Shown in pieces: positions 9,293 through 18,125 of a stretch of DNA of 64,000 nucleotides. The notes under the pieces were generated by a model. That model worked only from the letters and a program-made list of their open reading frames with translations, did no database searches and was not told where the DNA came from. This DNA comes from a virus (taxonomy: Duplodnaviria; Caudoviricetes). Where the stretch lies: IMG/VR virus record IMGVR_UViG_3300031555_010338; one strand, written 5' to 3'. The translations under genes and the position numbers were made by a program. The number at the start of each line of letters is the position of its first letter. Positions within the stretch are counted from its first letter, which is position 1.

Positions 9293-9760
9293 GTGGTCAG
9301 TTGGCAAAAGAAAGGTGTCAATGTGGATGTCCGTTACGCGGTTGAGTACATCGACAATCAAAAGGACTGGAACTATGTATGCAGCGGCTCAAACAAGAAT
9401 GGAGAGCCAGGAGATCGTTATAAGGTCAAGCATTTTTCCAATCTGGATGAAGCTATGACATCGTACTTGATCGGCTTTTTCTGCATGTGCAGCGAAGGTC
9501 AGACACACAACACGATTTATGATGTAAAGCTGTTTGAGCAGGTGCTTTTGGATGGTGAAGTCGTGCGAGAAAGCTGGATTGAACCGTCTTCCACAGTTTT
9601 GCATAGTTTGCACCAGACTTTTGGTGTGGAGCATACCAGCGAACTTTATAATCTGCGTCGGCAAAAGCAAAGCCAGATGGAAATGCTGGAAAAATACGAG
9701 GCGTTTATCAAGACGTATCACGCCGAGGAAAATTTCAAAAAGTTCGTCGATCAAGGTTAA
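9293..9760 (+). CDS. Hypothetical protein
   Basis: AGGAGG RBS, GTG start. Confidence 0.8.
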   Translation: MVSWQKKGVNVDVRYAVEYIDNQKDWNYVCSGSNKNGEPGDRYKVKHFSNLDEAMTSYLIGFFCMCSEGQTHNTIYDVKLFEQVLLDGEVVRESWIEPSSTVLHSLHQTFGVEHTSELYNLRRQKQSQMEMLEKYEAFIKTYHAEENFKKFVDQG

Positions 9761-9828
9761 TTTCTGCACCCGTACATGATTAGTAGTAATGGGTGGACAA
9801 CCCAACAAATATTAAGGAGGATTTTCAA

Positions 9829-10083
9829 ATGAGTAATCAGAAGCGTTCTAACCTGGGTAAGTATGAGCATCTGCGCGGCACTACCGTCAAGCGTGAGGTT
9901 GGCGCTGCCAATCCCAGCAAGGGCATCATCGGCAAGGGCGGCGGCAAAACCTGCAATGCTCCGATGGACTCCGACGCTGAATTCGAGAAGCGTCTGAAGC
10001 GCTATCAGCGTCAGCAGCAGGCCGCAGCCGCTAAGCACGAGGAAGCCAAGGCGGACGAGCCTGCCGAGGCCATTCCCGCATGA
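9829..10083 (+). CDS. Small basic hypothetical protein
   Basis: AAGGAGG RBS before ATG 9829. Confidence 0.75.
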   Translation: MSNQKRSNLGKYEHLRGTTVKREVGAANPSKGIIGKGGGKTCNAPMDSDAEFEKRLKRYQRQQQAAAAKHEEAKADEPAEAIPA

Positions 10084-10093
10084 GGTAATCGAT

Positions 10094-10396
10094 ATGATGT
10101 ATGAAGGCAAGCCTGTTTTTCAGCAGGGCGAGTTCGATACCAGTAAGGCGCAGATTGGTGACTATGTTTCCAAAGATATTGTGGATGACTTCATGGACTG
10201 TGTGCCGCCTGCCTGTTTGAGAAGCGACTGTTCCCAGATGGGTGAGCCTTATTCCATGAAGGAAGATCCCGATACCGGAAAATGGCGCAATACCTATCTC
10301 ACCTTTAAGCGTGTTGCTGCTGGCGTTTGGATGTACTGCGGCCACTGTTTCCGTGGTGAGAATGTGGAGCGCGGCAAAGAACCGGTATATGTATAA
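10094..10396 (+). CDS. Hypothetical protein
   Basis: GAGG RBS; 100 aa. Confidence 0.8.
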   Translation: MMYEGKPVFQQGEFDTSKAQIGDYVSKDIVDDFMDCVPPACLRSDCSQMGEPYSMKEDPDTGKWRNTYLTFKRVAAGVWMYCGHCFRGENVERGKEPVYV

Positions 10397-10549
10397 GGAG
10401 GTGCTGGAAATGAAGAAGTTCCGTTTCTGGTAATCCATAGCGGTTTTAGAGGGTATCCGCTCACCAAAAACCCTACCCCATAAAAATTACATATTTAGGT
10501 TAATTATTTCCGCTTCGGATGATTAGTTGTAATAGGAGGTGCGAAGCAC

Positions 10550-11005
10550 ATGAGTAAGATTTGTAAGACTTGCGGCAAGGCTATCGACGAGATCAAAGAG
10601 GTCGCTACTATTGTTAATGAAGGACTGGACTCCGAGTTTGCAATCTGCGAGGATTGTGCGCTCAACGACAACGACAAGTATCATATTTGCGATGCTTGCG
10701 GAAGTTGGTTTACCGGCGATGTTATCCATGACGAGGTGCTGAGTAAGCGCATCACCTTTACTCCCTGTCCATCCTGCGGCAAGGATATTGTGGATTGCAT
10801 GACCCGCGAGGAAATGCTGAGAGAGGCCGAGCCTTACCGCTTCGCCGTGATTGTCACATATACCAACGGCTACAATCGTGGGTACATGGTGGAAGCCGAT
10901 GACCGCGTAGAAGTGATGAAGAAACTTCTTGCTAATATCGACAATGTAGGTATTAGCAATATCGCAATTTCTGAAATCTTGGTGGAAGGAGATATTATCA
11001 GATGA
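10550..11005 (+). CDS. Cys-rich zinc-finger protein
   Basis: Four CxxC pairs; AGGAGG RBS. Confidence 0.8.
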   Translation: MSKICKTCGKAIDEIKEVATIVNEGLDSEFAICEDCALNDNDKYHICDACGSWFTGDVIHDEVLSKRITFTPCPSCGKDIVDCMTREEMLREAEPYRFAVIVTYTNGYNRGYMVEADDRVEVMKKLLANIDNVGISNIAISEILVEGDIIR

Positions 11006-11568
11006 TGTTGCTTTATAAAAAGGCTTTTGAAATTGCCGTTCGTTGTGGGAGGGAGTTGTCTGGTACGCCCGACCTAATTGGAGTGTATGATAGCGCTCAA
11101 AGAGATAATAGGGCGCTTCATACCTTCACTGATTTTTGCATTGAAAAAGCCAAACAGGAACTTGGCTGGTGCGATTTAAGTATTAGCGATAAAGAAAAGG
11201 CAAAGATTTTTGCCGTTGCCGCTCCGAAGATCATTGGCCTGCCTGAACGCGGAAGCCTGGAAACCAAACACAATGACGATGAAGATTTTATGGTCGTTTC
11301 TGTTTGGGAACTTGATGCTGCTCTGGAAGAGGCGTATCGCCTTGGACTTTCCAATAGTAAAAACACCGATATTCTGAAGTCTTCCATTGTCAAGGCATTG
11401 GATGCTTCTGGAAAACCGATGGAGTTTAACGAGATCGTGGAGGCGCTTGGTGCTAATGCTAACCGACTTACTCTGCATGAAGCGCTGGCCGTAATGGTTG
11501 CAAGAAAACGGCTCGTCTCTTATGTGGACGATGATGGCCGTGTTGTCTATGAGATCGCGGAGGTGTGA
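11002..11568 (+). CDS. Hypothetical protein with probable C-terminal winged helix
   Basis: ATGA overlap; C-terminal pattern IVKAL...MEFNEIVEAL...LHEALAVM. Confidence 0.7.
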   Translation: MMLLYKKAFEIAVRCGRELSGTPDLIGVYDSAQRDNRALHTFTDFCIEKAKQELGWCDLSISDKEKAKIFAVAAPKIIGLPERGSLETKHNDDEDFMVVSVWELDAALEEAYRLGLSNSKNTDILKSSIVKALDASGKPMEFNEIVEALGANANRLTLHEALAVMVARKRLVSYVDDDGRVVYEIAEV

Positions 11569-11569
11569 A

Positions 11570-11860
11570 ATGGGAAAAGAGTTTACCCTGCGCAACAAAA
11601 TCGCAGAGTCGAGATCGTGGCATTTGCAGCACTTTGGAGAACTGAATTGGCAGTGGACGGACGAGGGTTTGCCCAATGCGATTCTTGACTACCACTCCAG
11701 CAAAGGCTCTGTTCTTGACTTTACCGCCGACGATGAAGCGGTGTGTCTGGAAAATGGCTGGACGATGGAAGAAGTCATTGATCTTTGTGAGCGTGAGCCA
11801 GATACCGGCGTGACGATTGAAACATATCGTCAAGTTCAAGCAGAAAAACTTTTGAAATAG
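11570..11860 (+). CDS. Hypothetical protein
   Basis: GGAGG RBS before ATG 11570. Confidence 0.75.
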   Translation: MGKEFTLRNKIAESRSWHLQHFGELNWQWTDEGLPNAILDYHSSKGSVLDFTADDEAVCLENGWTMEEVIDLCEREPDTGVTIETYRQVQAEKLLK

Positions 11861-11943
11861 GTTAATTTCTGCCCTTCTCCGTTATTAGTTGTAATAGGAG
11901 ATCAAAAAAAACAAAACCAATTACTTTATGGGAGGATACAACA

Positions 11944-12870
11944 ATGGCAGCGAATGTTGAGACTATGTTTTATGTGCGCGAGGTTCCCTGGCACGGCCTG
12001 GGTACGATGGTGCAGGAAGCCCCTACCAGCGCGGATGCGTTGCGTCTGGCCGGTCTTGATTGGGAGGTCAGACAGAAGAATATCCAGGTGTGCGGCGGTG
12101 CTAAGATCGAGAATTTCAAAGCCAATGTCCGAAGCACTGATGGCAAGGTGCTGGGCGTGGTCAGTGACCGGTATCAGATCGTACAGAATGCGGATGCGTT
12201 CAGCTTCACCGATGAGTTGATCGGCGGCGATGTCCGCTACGAAACCGCAGGAAGTCTTCAGGAGGGCAAGAAGATTTGGCTGCTTGCCAAGATGCCTGCT
12301 CGTAAGATCGTTGGTGATGATGTGGAGCCTTACCTGTGCTTCTCCAATACTCACGACGGCAGCGGTTCTATCCGCGTTTGCATGACTCCCATCCGTGTTG
12401 TCTGCAATAACACCCTGAATATCGCTCTGAACACTGCTCAGCGTCAGTGGTCTACCAAGCATGTCGGCAACATCAACCAGAAGATGCAGGAGGCGCGTAT
12501 GTGTCTTGAACTGGCGGATGCCTACATGGGTGAGCTGGCTGAGTATGCGGACAAGCTGGCGAACAAGAAGATCACCGACGAACAGCTTGATAAGCTGCTG
12601 GATGAGATGTTCCCCGTAGATGAAGATGACTCTGATCGCAAGAAGAACAGCGTCCAGAAAGCTAAGGACGAGTTCATGGTGTGCTACCTGCGCCCTGACA
12701 TCGCCATGTTCATGAACACCGCCTGGGGCGTTGTGAACGCAATGAGCGATATGGTGTCCCATTCCACTCCCCGCCGCATGACTCAGAACTACCGCGAAAA
12801 CAACTGGGGTCGTATCATGGACGGTCACAAGATGCTTGATCGCGTTACTCAGTTGGTGGGGGTGCGCTGA
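11944..12870 (+). CDS. DUF932-family phage/plasmid protein
   Basis: PWHGLG, YQIVQN, ETAGSL, NTHDGS, TPIRVVCNNTL and TAWG motifs. Confidence 0.9.
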   Translation: MAANVETMFYVREVPWHGLGTMVQEAPTSADALRLAGLDWEVRQKNIQVCGGAKIENFKANVRSTDGKVLGVVSDRYQIVQNADAFSFTDELIGGDVRYETAGSLQEGKKIWLLAKMPARKIVGDDVEPYLCFSNTHDGSGSIRVCMTPIRVVCNNTLNIALNTAQRQWSTKHVGNINQKMQEARMCLELADAYMGELAEYADKLANKKITDEQLDKLLDEMFPVDEDDSDRKKNSVQKAKDEFMVCYLRPDIAMFMNTAWGVVNAMSDMVSHSTPRRMTQNYRENNWGRIMDGHKMLDRVTQLVGVR

Positions 12871-13145
12871 TGCACTCTGTCGAGAGCATGAACAAAACAT
12901 TCATGAAAAGAAGAAGGAGAACTCGTATGAAAACTTTCGCAACTATGGTCGGCTACATCTTCCTTGGCTTGCTGCTAATCGCCGCTGTCGGCTTCCTGAT
13001 GGCGCTTCTCATCTCTCTGGTGTGGAACACCGTTATGCCTCAGATCTTCAATCTGCCTGAGATCACATACTGGCAGGCGTATCTTCTCTACCTGCTCAGC
13101 TACCTTCTCTTCCATAACAATGTGTCTGTAAGTTCCAGCAAGTAA
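12870..13145 (+). CDS. Small membrane protein
   Basis: Hydrophobic helices; WN..MP.IF.LPEITYWQA pattern. Confidence 0.75.
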   Translation: MHSVESMNKTFMKRRRRTRMKTFATMVGYIFLGLLLIAAVGFLMALLISLVWNTVMPQIFNLPEITYWQAYLLYLLSYLLFHNNVSVSSSK

Positions 13146-13157
13146 ACAATCCGGACA

Positions 13158-13189
13158 AGCCGCCTGGGGAAACCTGGGCGGCTATTTTT
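13158..13189 (+). terminator. Rho-independent terminator
   Basis: AGCCGCC...GGCGGCT hairpin plus T-run. Confidence 0.7.
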
Positions 13190-13202
13190 ATGAGGTGACA
13201 AT

Positions 13203-13448
13203 ATGTATTTGACAAAAGAAACGCTGAACAGCATTGTTCAGAAGTACAACATTACCTTTCTCACCGAGGATGATGTCGTGAACGCATTCAATTTCGTTCA
13301 TGATGTGATGGTTGCAGAGGCTGATGCTATCAAGGCAAAGGAGCCGACTGCTACGGCCAGTATCTCCAGATTGGAGAGCGCTGCATACGAGGTTTTCAGT
13401 GTCGGCGGTGAGATCGAGAACGAAGAGTTCGACGAAGGGAGTAATTGA
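13203..13448 (+). CDS. Hypothetical protein
   Basis: GAGGTG RBS. Confidence 0.75.
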   Translation: MYLTKETLNSIVQKYNITFLTEDDVVNAFNFVHDVMVAEADAIKAKEPTATASISRLESAAYEVFSVGGEIENEEFDEGSN

Positions 13449-13449
13449 T

Positions 13450-13641
13450 ATGACAAAGGTTATCATTCGAGTTGAGGGCGGTCTTGTTCAGGCCGTTTAC
13501 TCCGATGGCGATGTCGATGTGGAGGTTGTTGATCTGGATGTCTCCGACTTCCCCGAAGATGGCGAACAGGAAGCCGCAGACAAGCGCAGAGAAGAGATGG
13601 AAGCTACCGTCTCGCAGCCTGGTTGGAAATGCGTCTGGTAA
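13450..13641 (+). CDS. Small acidic protein (VIIRVEGGLVQ family)
   Basis: GGGAG RBS before ATG 13450. Confidence 0.75.
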   Translation: MTKVIIRVEGGLVQAVYSDGDVDVEVVDLDVSDFPEDGEQEAADKRREEMEATVSQPGWKCVW

Positions 13642-13642
13642 G

Positions 13643-13691
13643 CCGCACTGATGAGTCGTAAACGACGAAACCGCCGAGAGGCGGTCTGCGG
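13643..13691 (+). ncRNA. Hammerhead ribozyme (type I, minimal)
   Basis: CCGCA-CTGATGA-GTCG(TAAA)CGAC-GAAA-CCGCC(GAGA)GGCGG-TC-TGCGG; canonical core; cut after 13686. Confidence 0.93.
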
Positions 13692-13756
13692 ATTTTTCTT
13701 TCCGCCTGGTTAAGATTTTCTATTCTACATGATTAGATATAATAGGAGGCGATAAT

Positions 13757-14197
13757 ATGTCATGTCCGAATTTCAAATCGATGCAAAACTTTTCTCTGTT
13801 CGTGAGAACGGATGACGAGCTTGATGAAGCTTATTTCATTGGTCGTGAGATCGAGTGTTCTCTGAAAGATATAAACGAAGGTCTGATGTTCCACAAGATT
13901 ATTGTGGATGGCGGTCATTATTACGGTCTTCAGTTCTTTGTGGAAGAGAACCACGATCCTAACGAGATGGATAATTACGACTGTCAATACTACTTTGACA
14001 TGTTCCGTAGCGTTGCCATTCGCCGCTACAACAGCGAGATCAATAAGATTAACCGTATGCTCCGCAGGATGGCAAAGGAATGGGGCTTTGAGGAAATCTA
14101 TTGCGCCGCCGTATTTGGTAATGGCGAGGCGGTGTATGCGCCGGTGCGGAATAACCCACGCGCACGGATTGCCCAGGCGGTTTGCCCTACCTACTAA
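13757..14197 (+). CDS. Hypothetical protein
   Basis: AGGAGG RBS after a phage promoter motif. Confidence 0.8.
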   Translation: MSCPNFKSMQNFSLFVRTDDELDEAYFIGREIECSLKDINEGLMFHKIIVDGGHYYGLQFFVEENHDPNEMDNYDCQYYFDMFRSVAIRRYNSEINKINRMLRRMAKEWGFEEIYCAAVFGNGEAVYAPVRNNPRARIAQAVCPTY

Positions 14198-14212
14198 GAA
14201 ATGGAGGCGACG

Positions 14213-14461
14213 ATGAAGCTTTATAAGATCATTGATTCTGTTATCCCCACAATGTTTAACAAGCCTTGCAAGATAGCTATCTTTACGGATGGCCGTCGCT
14301 GCAAGGTTTTTCAAAAAGACTTCGGGTTTTGGCAGCGGAACTACTGTCTTGAGGCGTATATTACTCCGCAAAGAATTGAACGGAAGATTTACGCGATTGA
14401 AGAAGAAGGAAAGATGCGTGAGGCGTTGCGTAAACGCCTCCGTGAGAACGGACTATTGTAA
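14213..14461 (+). CDS. Hypothetical protein
   Basis: GGAGG RBS before ATG 14213. Confidence 0.75.
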   Translation: MKLYKIIDSVIPTMFNKPCKIAIFTDGRRCKVFQKDFGFWQRNYCLEAYITPQRIERKIYAIEEEGKMREALRKRLRENGLL

Positions 14462-14494
14462 ATCAAAGATATAACTGATATAATTGGAGGCACT

Positions 14495-14974
14495 ATGAAC
14501 GATAACAAGGTGATTCGGATGAATTTTCAGAATAACGATATGGGCAATCGCATTGAAGCTGCCAAACAGCAGGCCGAAGCTGACTTCCAGGCAAAAGTGG
14601 AGCGCTCCCGCGAGTGTGATGTAGATGTCCGCGACTTCTTCACTCCGGACGAACTGGACAGAATTTTAGCGGACGATTACTTTAACGGCAAGATCGCTGA
14701 TCTGACCGTGATGCAGCGATATGAGAAGGTAAAGCAGGCGGCTTTGTGGATGGACGCACACTGCATGGAGGTTGCTTGTGTGGAGATCGAGCCTCTGTCC
14801 AGTTCCCGCCCGAATGCCGTCATCTCCATTGAAATTCGCCGGCTTGCTTCTCTCCGTGGAAAGGAACTGCGCGTGTTTACTGCGATGGGTGTGCTGTCTG
14901 ACAGCGTATTCCTGAGTGGCCTGAAAGACTCCACCATTCGCTTCACCTTTGGATTAGAAGGAGTGTGGCAGTAA
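14495..14974 (+). CDS. Hypothetical protein
   Basis: GGAGG RBS. Confidence 0.8.
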   Translation: MNDNKVIRMNFQNNDMGNRIEAAKQQAEADFQAKVERSRECDVDVRDFFTPDELDRILADDYFNGKIADLTVMQRYEKVKQAALWMDAHCMEVACVEIEPLSSSRPNAVISIEIRRLASLRGKELRVFTAMGVLSDSVFLSGLKDSTIRFTFGLEGVWQ

Positions 14975-15153
14975 TGTTTAATATGCAATTTTCTTCTGTC
15001 TCTGAACTGCGTAGGTGGCTGGAAAAGAAAAACTACGAGAGCGGAAGCGGCGAGGCATTCAGCGAATGGCTGACCGACTTCTTTGACAATGGTAATACCG
15101 TTTCGGTTGGCGACGAAGAGTACGACTTCTGGGCTTGCTGGGAACTGATCTAA
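14974..15153 (+). CDS. Hypothetical protein
   Basis: TAATG coupling; followed by a terminator. Confidence 0.7.
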   Translation: MFNMQFSSVSELRRWLEKKNYESGSGEAFSEWLTDFFDNGNTVSVGDEEYDFWACWELI

Positions 15154-15166
15154 CATATCGACAACG

Positions 15167-15198
15167 AAGACGCTGGATTTTTCCAGCGTCTTTTTTTT
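15167..15198 (+). terminator. Rho-independent terminator
   Basis: AAGACGCTGGA/TCCAGCGTCTT stem plus T-run. Confidence 0.85.
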
Positions 15199-15276
15199 GC
15201 AAAATCTTAGATGGTTGGTTAATTTTCGACGCTGACCGTTATTAAGTATAGTGAAAAGACTACTTGGAGGTGCAAC

Positions 15277-15984
15277 ATGAATATCACTCATGACAAATCT
15301 TATATCAGTGCTTCCTCTTTGGATTTCGTTCAGCGCGGATACGCCATTGAGGATTTGCATTCTCTACGTCTCAGATATGAGTACACTGAGGAAGAAAAGC
15401 AGGCTAACAAAGCCTTTGCCGACAGCCATACTCGTGAAGAGTGGAGCGCCCACTGCGATGACGCGGTACAAATCAGAAGTAACGCAATGCGCCCCGTTAT
15501 GGAGGCTCTTGCCAGAAAGTTTGTCTGCTATCAGTTCGAGCCTGACTGCGGCGTGGATTACGGAAGCGACAAATGGGATTTGTTTTTCTGGTGCAATGAC
15601 TTCTACCAGACCACCTGCGGCAAGTTCTCTGGTCGTGATTTCTCCTATTTCACGCTTACCTTTAATGACAGAATGACTGCGGATCAGCGGTTGGATGTCT
15701 GCAATCGCGTGTTGGCATTTCTGGTTGATCGATTTGAAGATCATACCCATCTGAACGTAGCTGTTCAGTACAAGGTTACGATGGATGACAAGAAGATCGC
15801 AGAAGATGCAAAGGCGGCTCTTCCCTCTCTGGTCGGTCAGAAATGCACCTACGGTCATATGGACGGTAAGATCGTCGAGACAGAGCGCGGCGTATTCTTT
15901 GTCAAGAAGTATGCCAGAAACAAAGGATACAAACTTTCGGACACCGATGTACTTCGGTTGAGCTGGAAGCTTGGTGTGGCCTGA
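15277..15984 (+). CDS. Hypothetical protein
   Basis: GGAGG RBS after a phage promoter motif. Confidence 0.85.
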   Translation: MNITHDKSYISASSLDFVQRGYAIEDLHSLRLRYEYTEEEKQANKAFADSHTREEWSAHCDDAVQIRSNAMRPVMEALARKFVCYQFEPDCGVDYGSDKWDLFFWCNDFYQTTCGKFSGRDFSYFTLTFNDRMTADQRLDVCNRVLAFLVDRFEDHTHLNVAVQYKVTMDDKKIAEDAKAALPSLVGQKCTYGHMDGKIVETERGVFFVKKYARNKGYKLSDTDVLRLSWKLGVA

Positions 15985-16002
15985 TGGAAAGGAGATAAAC
16001 GC

Positions 16003-16203
16003 ATGAAAAATCCGTATCGTATTCGACTGCGTAAGGATGGCCGATGGGAGATGTTTCGAGTGAAGTTTCCCGCTCTCCCCTATCCCCGCAGTGTTGGTAC
16101 TAAGGACCACGCATTCGACTATATGGCGGCGAAGCTCAATGTGACTCCAAAGGAGCTGCGGCAGGCCGCAAGGGATGGTACTCTTGAACCCATCGTAGCA
16201 TAG
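16003..16203 (+). CDS. Hypothetical protein
   Basis: AAGGAG RBS. Confidence 0.7.
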   Translation: MKNPYRIRLRKDGRWEMFRVKFPALPYPRSVGTKDHAFDYMAAKLNVTPKELRQAARDGTLEPIVA

Positions 16204-16217
16204 GTGGTGATTTGTTT

Positions 16218-16382
16218 ATGACCAAATACAGAATCGACATTTATGCGGGATGGAGTGTTTATGATGGTCTAATATCCCGTGAGTACAAGTCGTTCAAATG
16301 CGTGGATGACGCAAAAATTTATGCTTACAGTAAGATCGTTGGAACCAAAAATGGTTATTCGATTTTAGAAGTACATCGATAG
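16218..16382 (+). CDS. Hypothetical 54-aa protein
   Basis: Below the ORF-track cutoff; GGTGGTG RBS; MTKYRIDIYAGWSVYDGL... Confidence 0.55.
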   Translation: MTKYRIDIYAGWSVYDGLISREYKSFKCVDDAKIYAYSKIVGTKNGYSILEVHR

Positions 16383-16392
16383 GAGATTGCCT

Positions 16393-16545
16393 ATGACTTT
16401 ACTATTTTTCACCTTGCTCATGTGTAAGCTGATCTGGGATGGCGTGAAGACTTTCTATGCTCAGGCAGTTGTTGATACACATAATCCCTACCGCGAGTAT
16501 CGCAAAGCACTTGCGGAACAGAACAAAACGGAGGTACAAAAATGA
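16393..16545 (+). CDS. Hypothetical 50-aa protein with N-terminal hydrophobic helix
   Basis: AGGAG RBS; ATGA overlap with the next gene. Confidence 0.55.
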   Translation: MTLLFFTLLMCKLIWDGVKTFYAQAVVDTHNPYREYRKALAEQNKTEVQK

Positions 16546-17441
16546 GCCTTTTGGATAAATTCAACAGCGTGGAGATCACCGCTGACACCAGGATTTCCGA
16601 AGCTGACCGGAAGTTCTGTCAGACGCAGAAAGAGGCATACGATCATGCCCGTACCGCTCTGAAGTTTCTGGCCGAACACAGCCAGAAATATCTTGACGAA
16701 CAGACTGCCATTTTGGAGCGTTGCGAGAACGAGTCTTACGGCACTTACCTTGGAGATTTTAAGCCTTCCAAATACACCGAGGAACTGCGCGAGTCTCATG
16801 ACCGCTTCATCTCCAGAATTTTCTGGTACTTCCAGCATAAGTACAAAGTCACCATCGATTCTTCGGATGCGGATGATGTGTTGCTCCCCAAGAAGCCTGA
16901 AGGCGGATGGCGGTACAACGAAGAAGAGTGGAAAGCCTACAATAAAACGATGGCTGAACTGTCGTTGGACTATCAAGCCGTTCTGGATCAGATTTTCATT
17001 CAGCTTGGTGGCTTCTCCTTCCAGGATAAGGCCGTGCAAGAGCTGAAGCAAAAGGCTCATGATGCGGCGTGGAACAGCTATCGCGGCAATAAGACTTACG
17101 AGCAGAAAAAGGCAGTCATTTCCTTCACCGGATATGCCTGCAGCTTTGATAGCTGGCACGAAGAATATCACAAGGGCGAACACCAGATCAAGTTGTCGGA
17201 TAGCATGAAAAATGTCATTCGCGCTCTCGTCCATTTCGAGTATAACAGCACCGACCACACTCCTTACAGTCTCAGCGTTCTCCTTGGTTATGATTGGAAG
17301 ACATATGATACTGAGATGCCGGTTGGTTTGGAAAAGATCAAGAGCATCAAGTGCTTCAAGAATGGTCGTGTGGACATTCGCTTTACCAGCGAAGCTTTTG
17401 CCCGTCAGTTTGTGGAGGATTATTTGGGGACTGCCATATGA
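16542..17441 (+). CDS. Hypothetical protein (C-terminal IKCFKNGRVDIRF)
   Basis: GGAGG RBS; 299 aa; upstream of HNH and methylase-helicase genes. Confidence 0.8.
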   Translation: MSLLDKFNSVEITADTRISEADRKFCQTQKEAYDHARTALKFLAEHSQKYLDEQTAILERCENESYGTYLGDFKPSKYTEELRESHDRFISRIFWYFQHKYKVTIDSSDADDVLLPKKPEGGWRYNEEEWKAYNKTMAELSLDYQAVLDQIFIQLGGFSFQDKAVQELKQKAHDAAWNSYRGNKTYEQKKAVISFTGYACSFDSWHEEYHKGEHQIKLSDSMKNVIRALVHFEYNSTDHTPYSLSVLLGYDWKTYDTEMPVGLEKIKSIKCFKNGRVDIRFTSEAFARQFVEDYLGTAI

Positions 17442-18058
17442 AACAAATGATTATTGAAGACAAGGCGTATAGCCCAGAAGAAGTATTTTCTCTGATTGGC
17501 GAGGAATATCTACTGCGTAAAACAGACGCTTACAAACACACTTCTGATATGGTTGTGGATGGCTTTAATGTCCGTCCGGTGTCTCTGAGATATATGTTGT
17601 TTTATCAGAAGGGAACGACATGTGTTTGCTGTGGCAAAACCGGAACGCATTTCAAGCTTTGTGGAGATCCAGATACTAACCGTCGTCATTTCAATCTCTT
17701 TGCGGACGATGGTTCTTTGCTGACGAAAGATCACATTGTTCCCAAGAGCAAGGGCGGAAGAGATCATGTGGACAATATGCAAACCATGTGCGAAGCCTGT
17801 AATCACAAAAAGGGGAACTACCACGATACGATCAAGATTGATTATATCGTTGCGACCAGGGTGGATAGCGGAAAATCTACCTCTTTCCGAGACATTAACA
17901 AGGCCGCATTTCATATGGTTCAGAATTACTTGCATCCACCCAAGAAAGATTACAGCAATATCATTCAGTGTTCCATTAGTGCGGTATTGTCTATTCAGAA
18001 CGCACTTAATACCGGAGTTCCTTATTGTGGATATGTCTGGACTGTTGAGAGCAGATAG
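17438..18058 (+). CDS. HNH endonuclease
   Basis: CVCCG...TKDHIVPKSKGG...NMQTMCEACNHKKGN; ATGA overlap at 17438. Confidence 0.88.
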   Translation: MKQMIIEDKAYSPEEVFSLIGEEYLLRKTDAYKHTSDMVVDGFNVRPVSLRYMLFYQKGTTCVCCGKTGTHFKLCGDPDTNRRHFNLFADDGSLLTKDHIVPKSKGGRDHVDNMQTMCEACNHKKGNYHDTIKIDYIVATRVDSGKSTSFRDINKAAFHMVQNYLHPPKKDYSNIIQCSISAVLSIQNALNTGVPYCGYVWTVESR

Positions 18059-18125
18059 TAAACACCAAGAAGTTAGCTAAACAACTCGCATCGTGGGCGG
18101 TTGTGAATACAAACAGGAGGTAAAC

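Noticed and set aside
10439-10478. preQ1-I riboswitch
   Set aside because: Superficial stem plus A-rich tail, but the loop lacks the ligand-pairing C and no queuosine genes follow.
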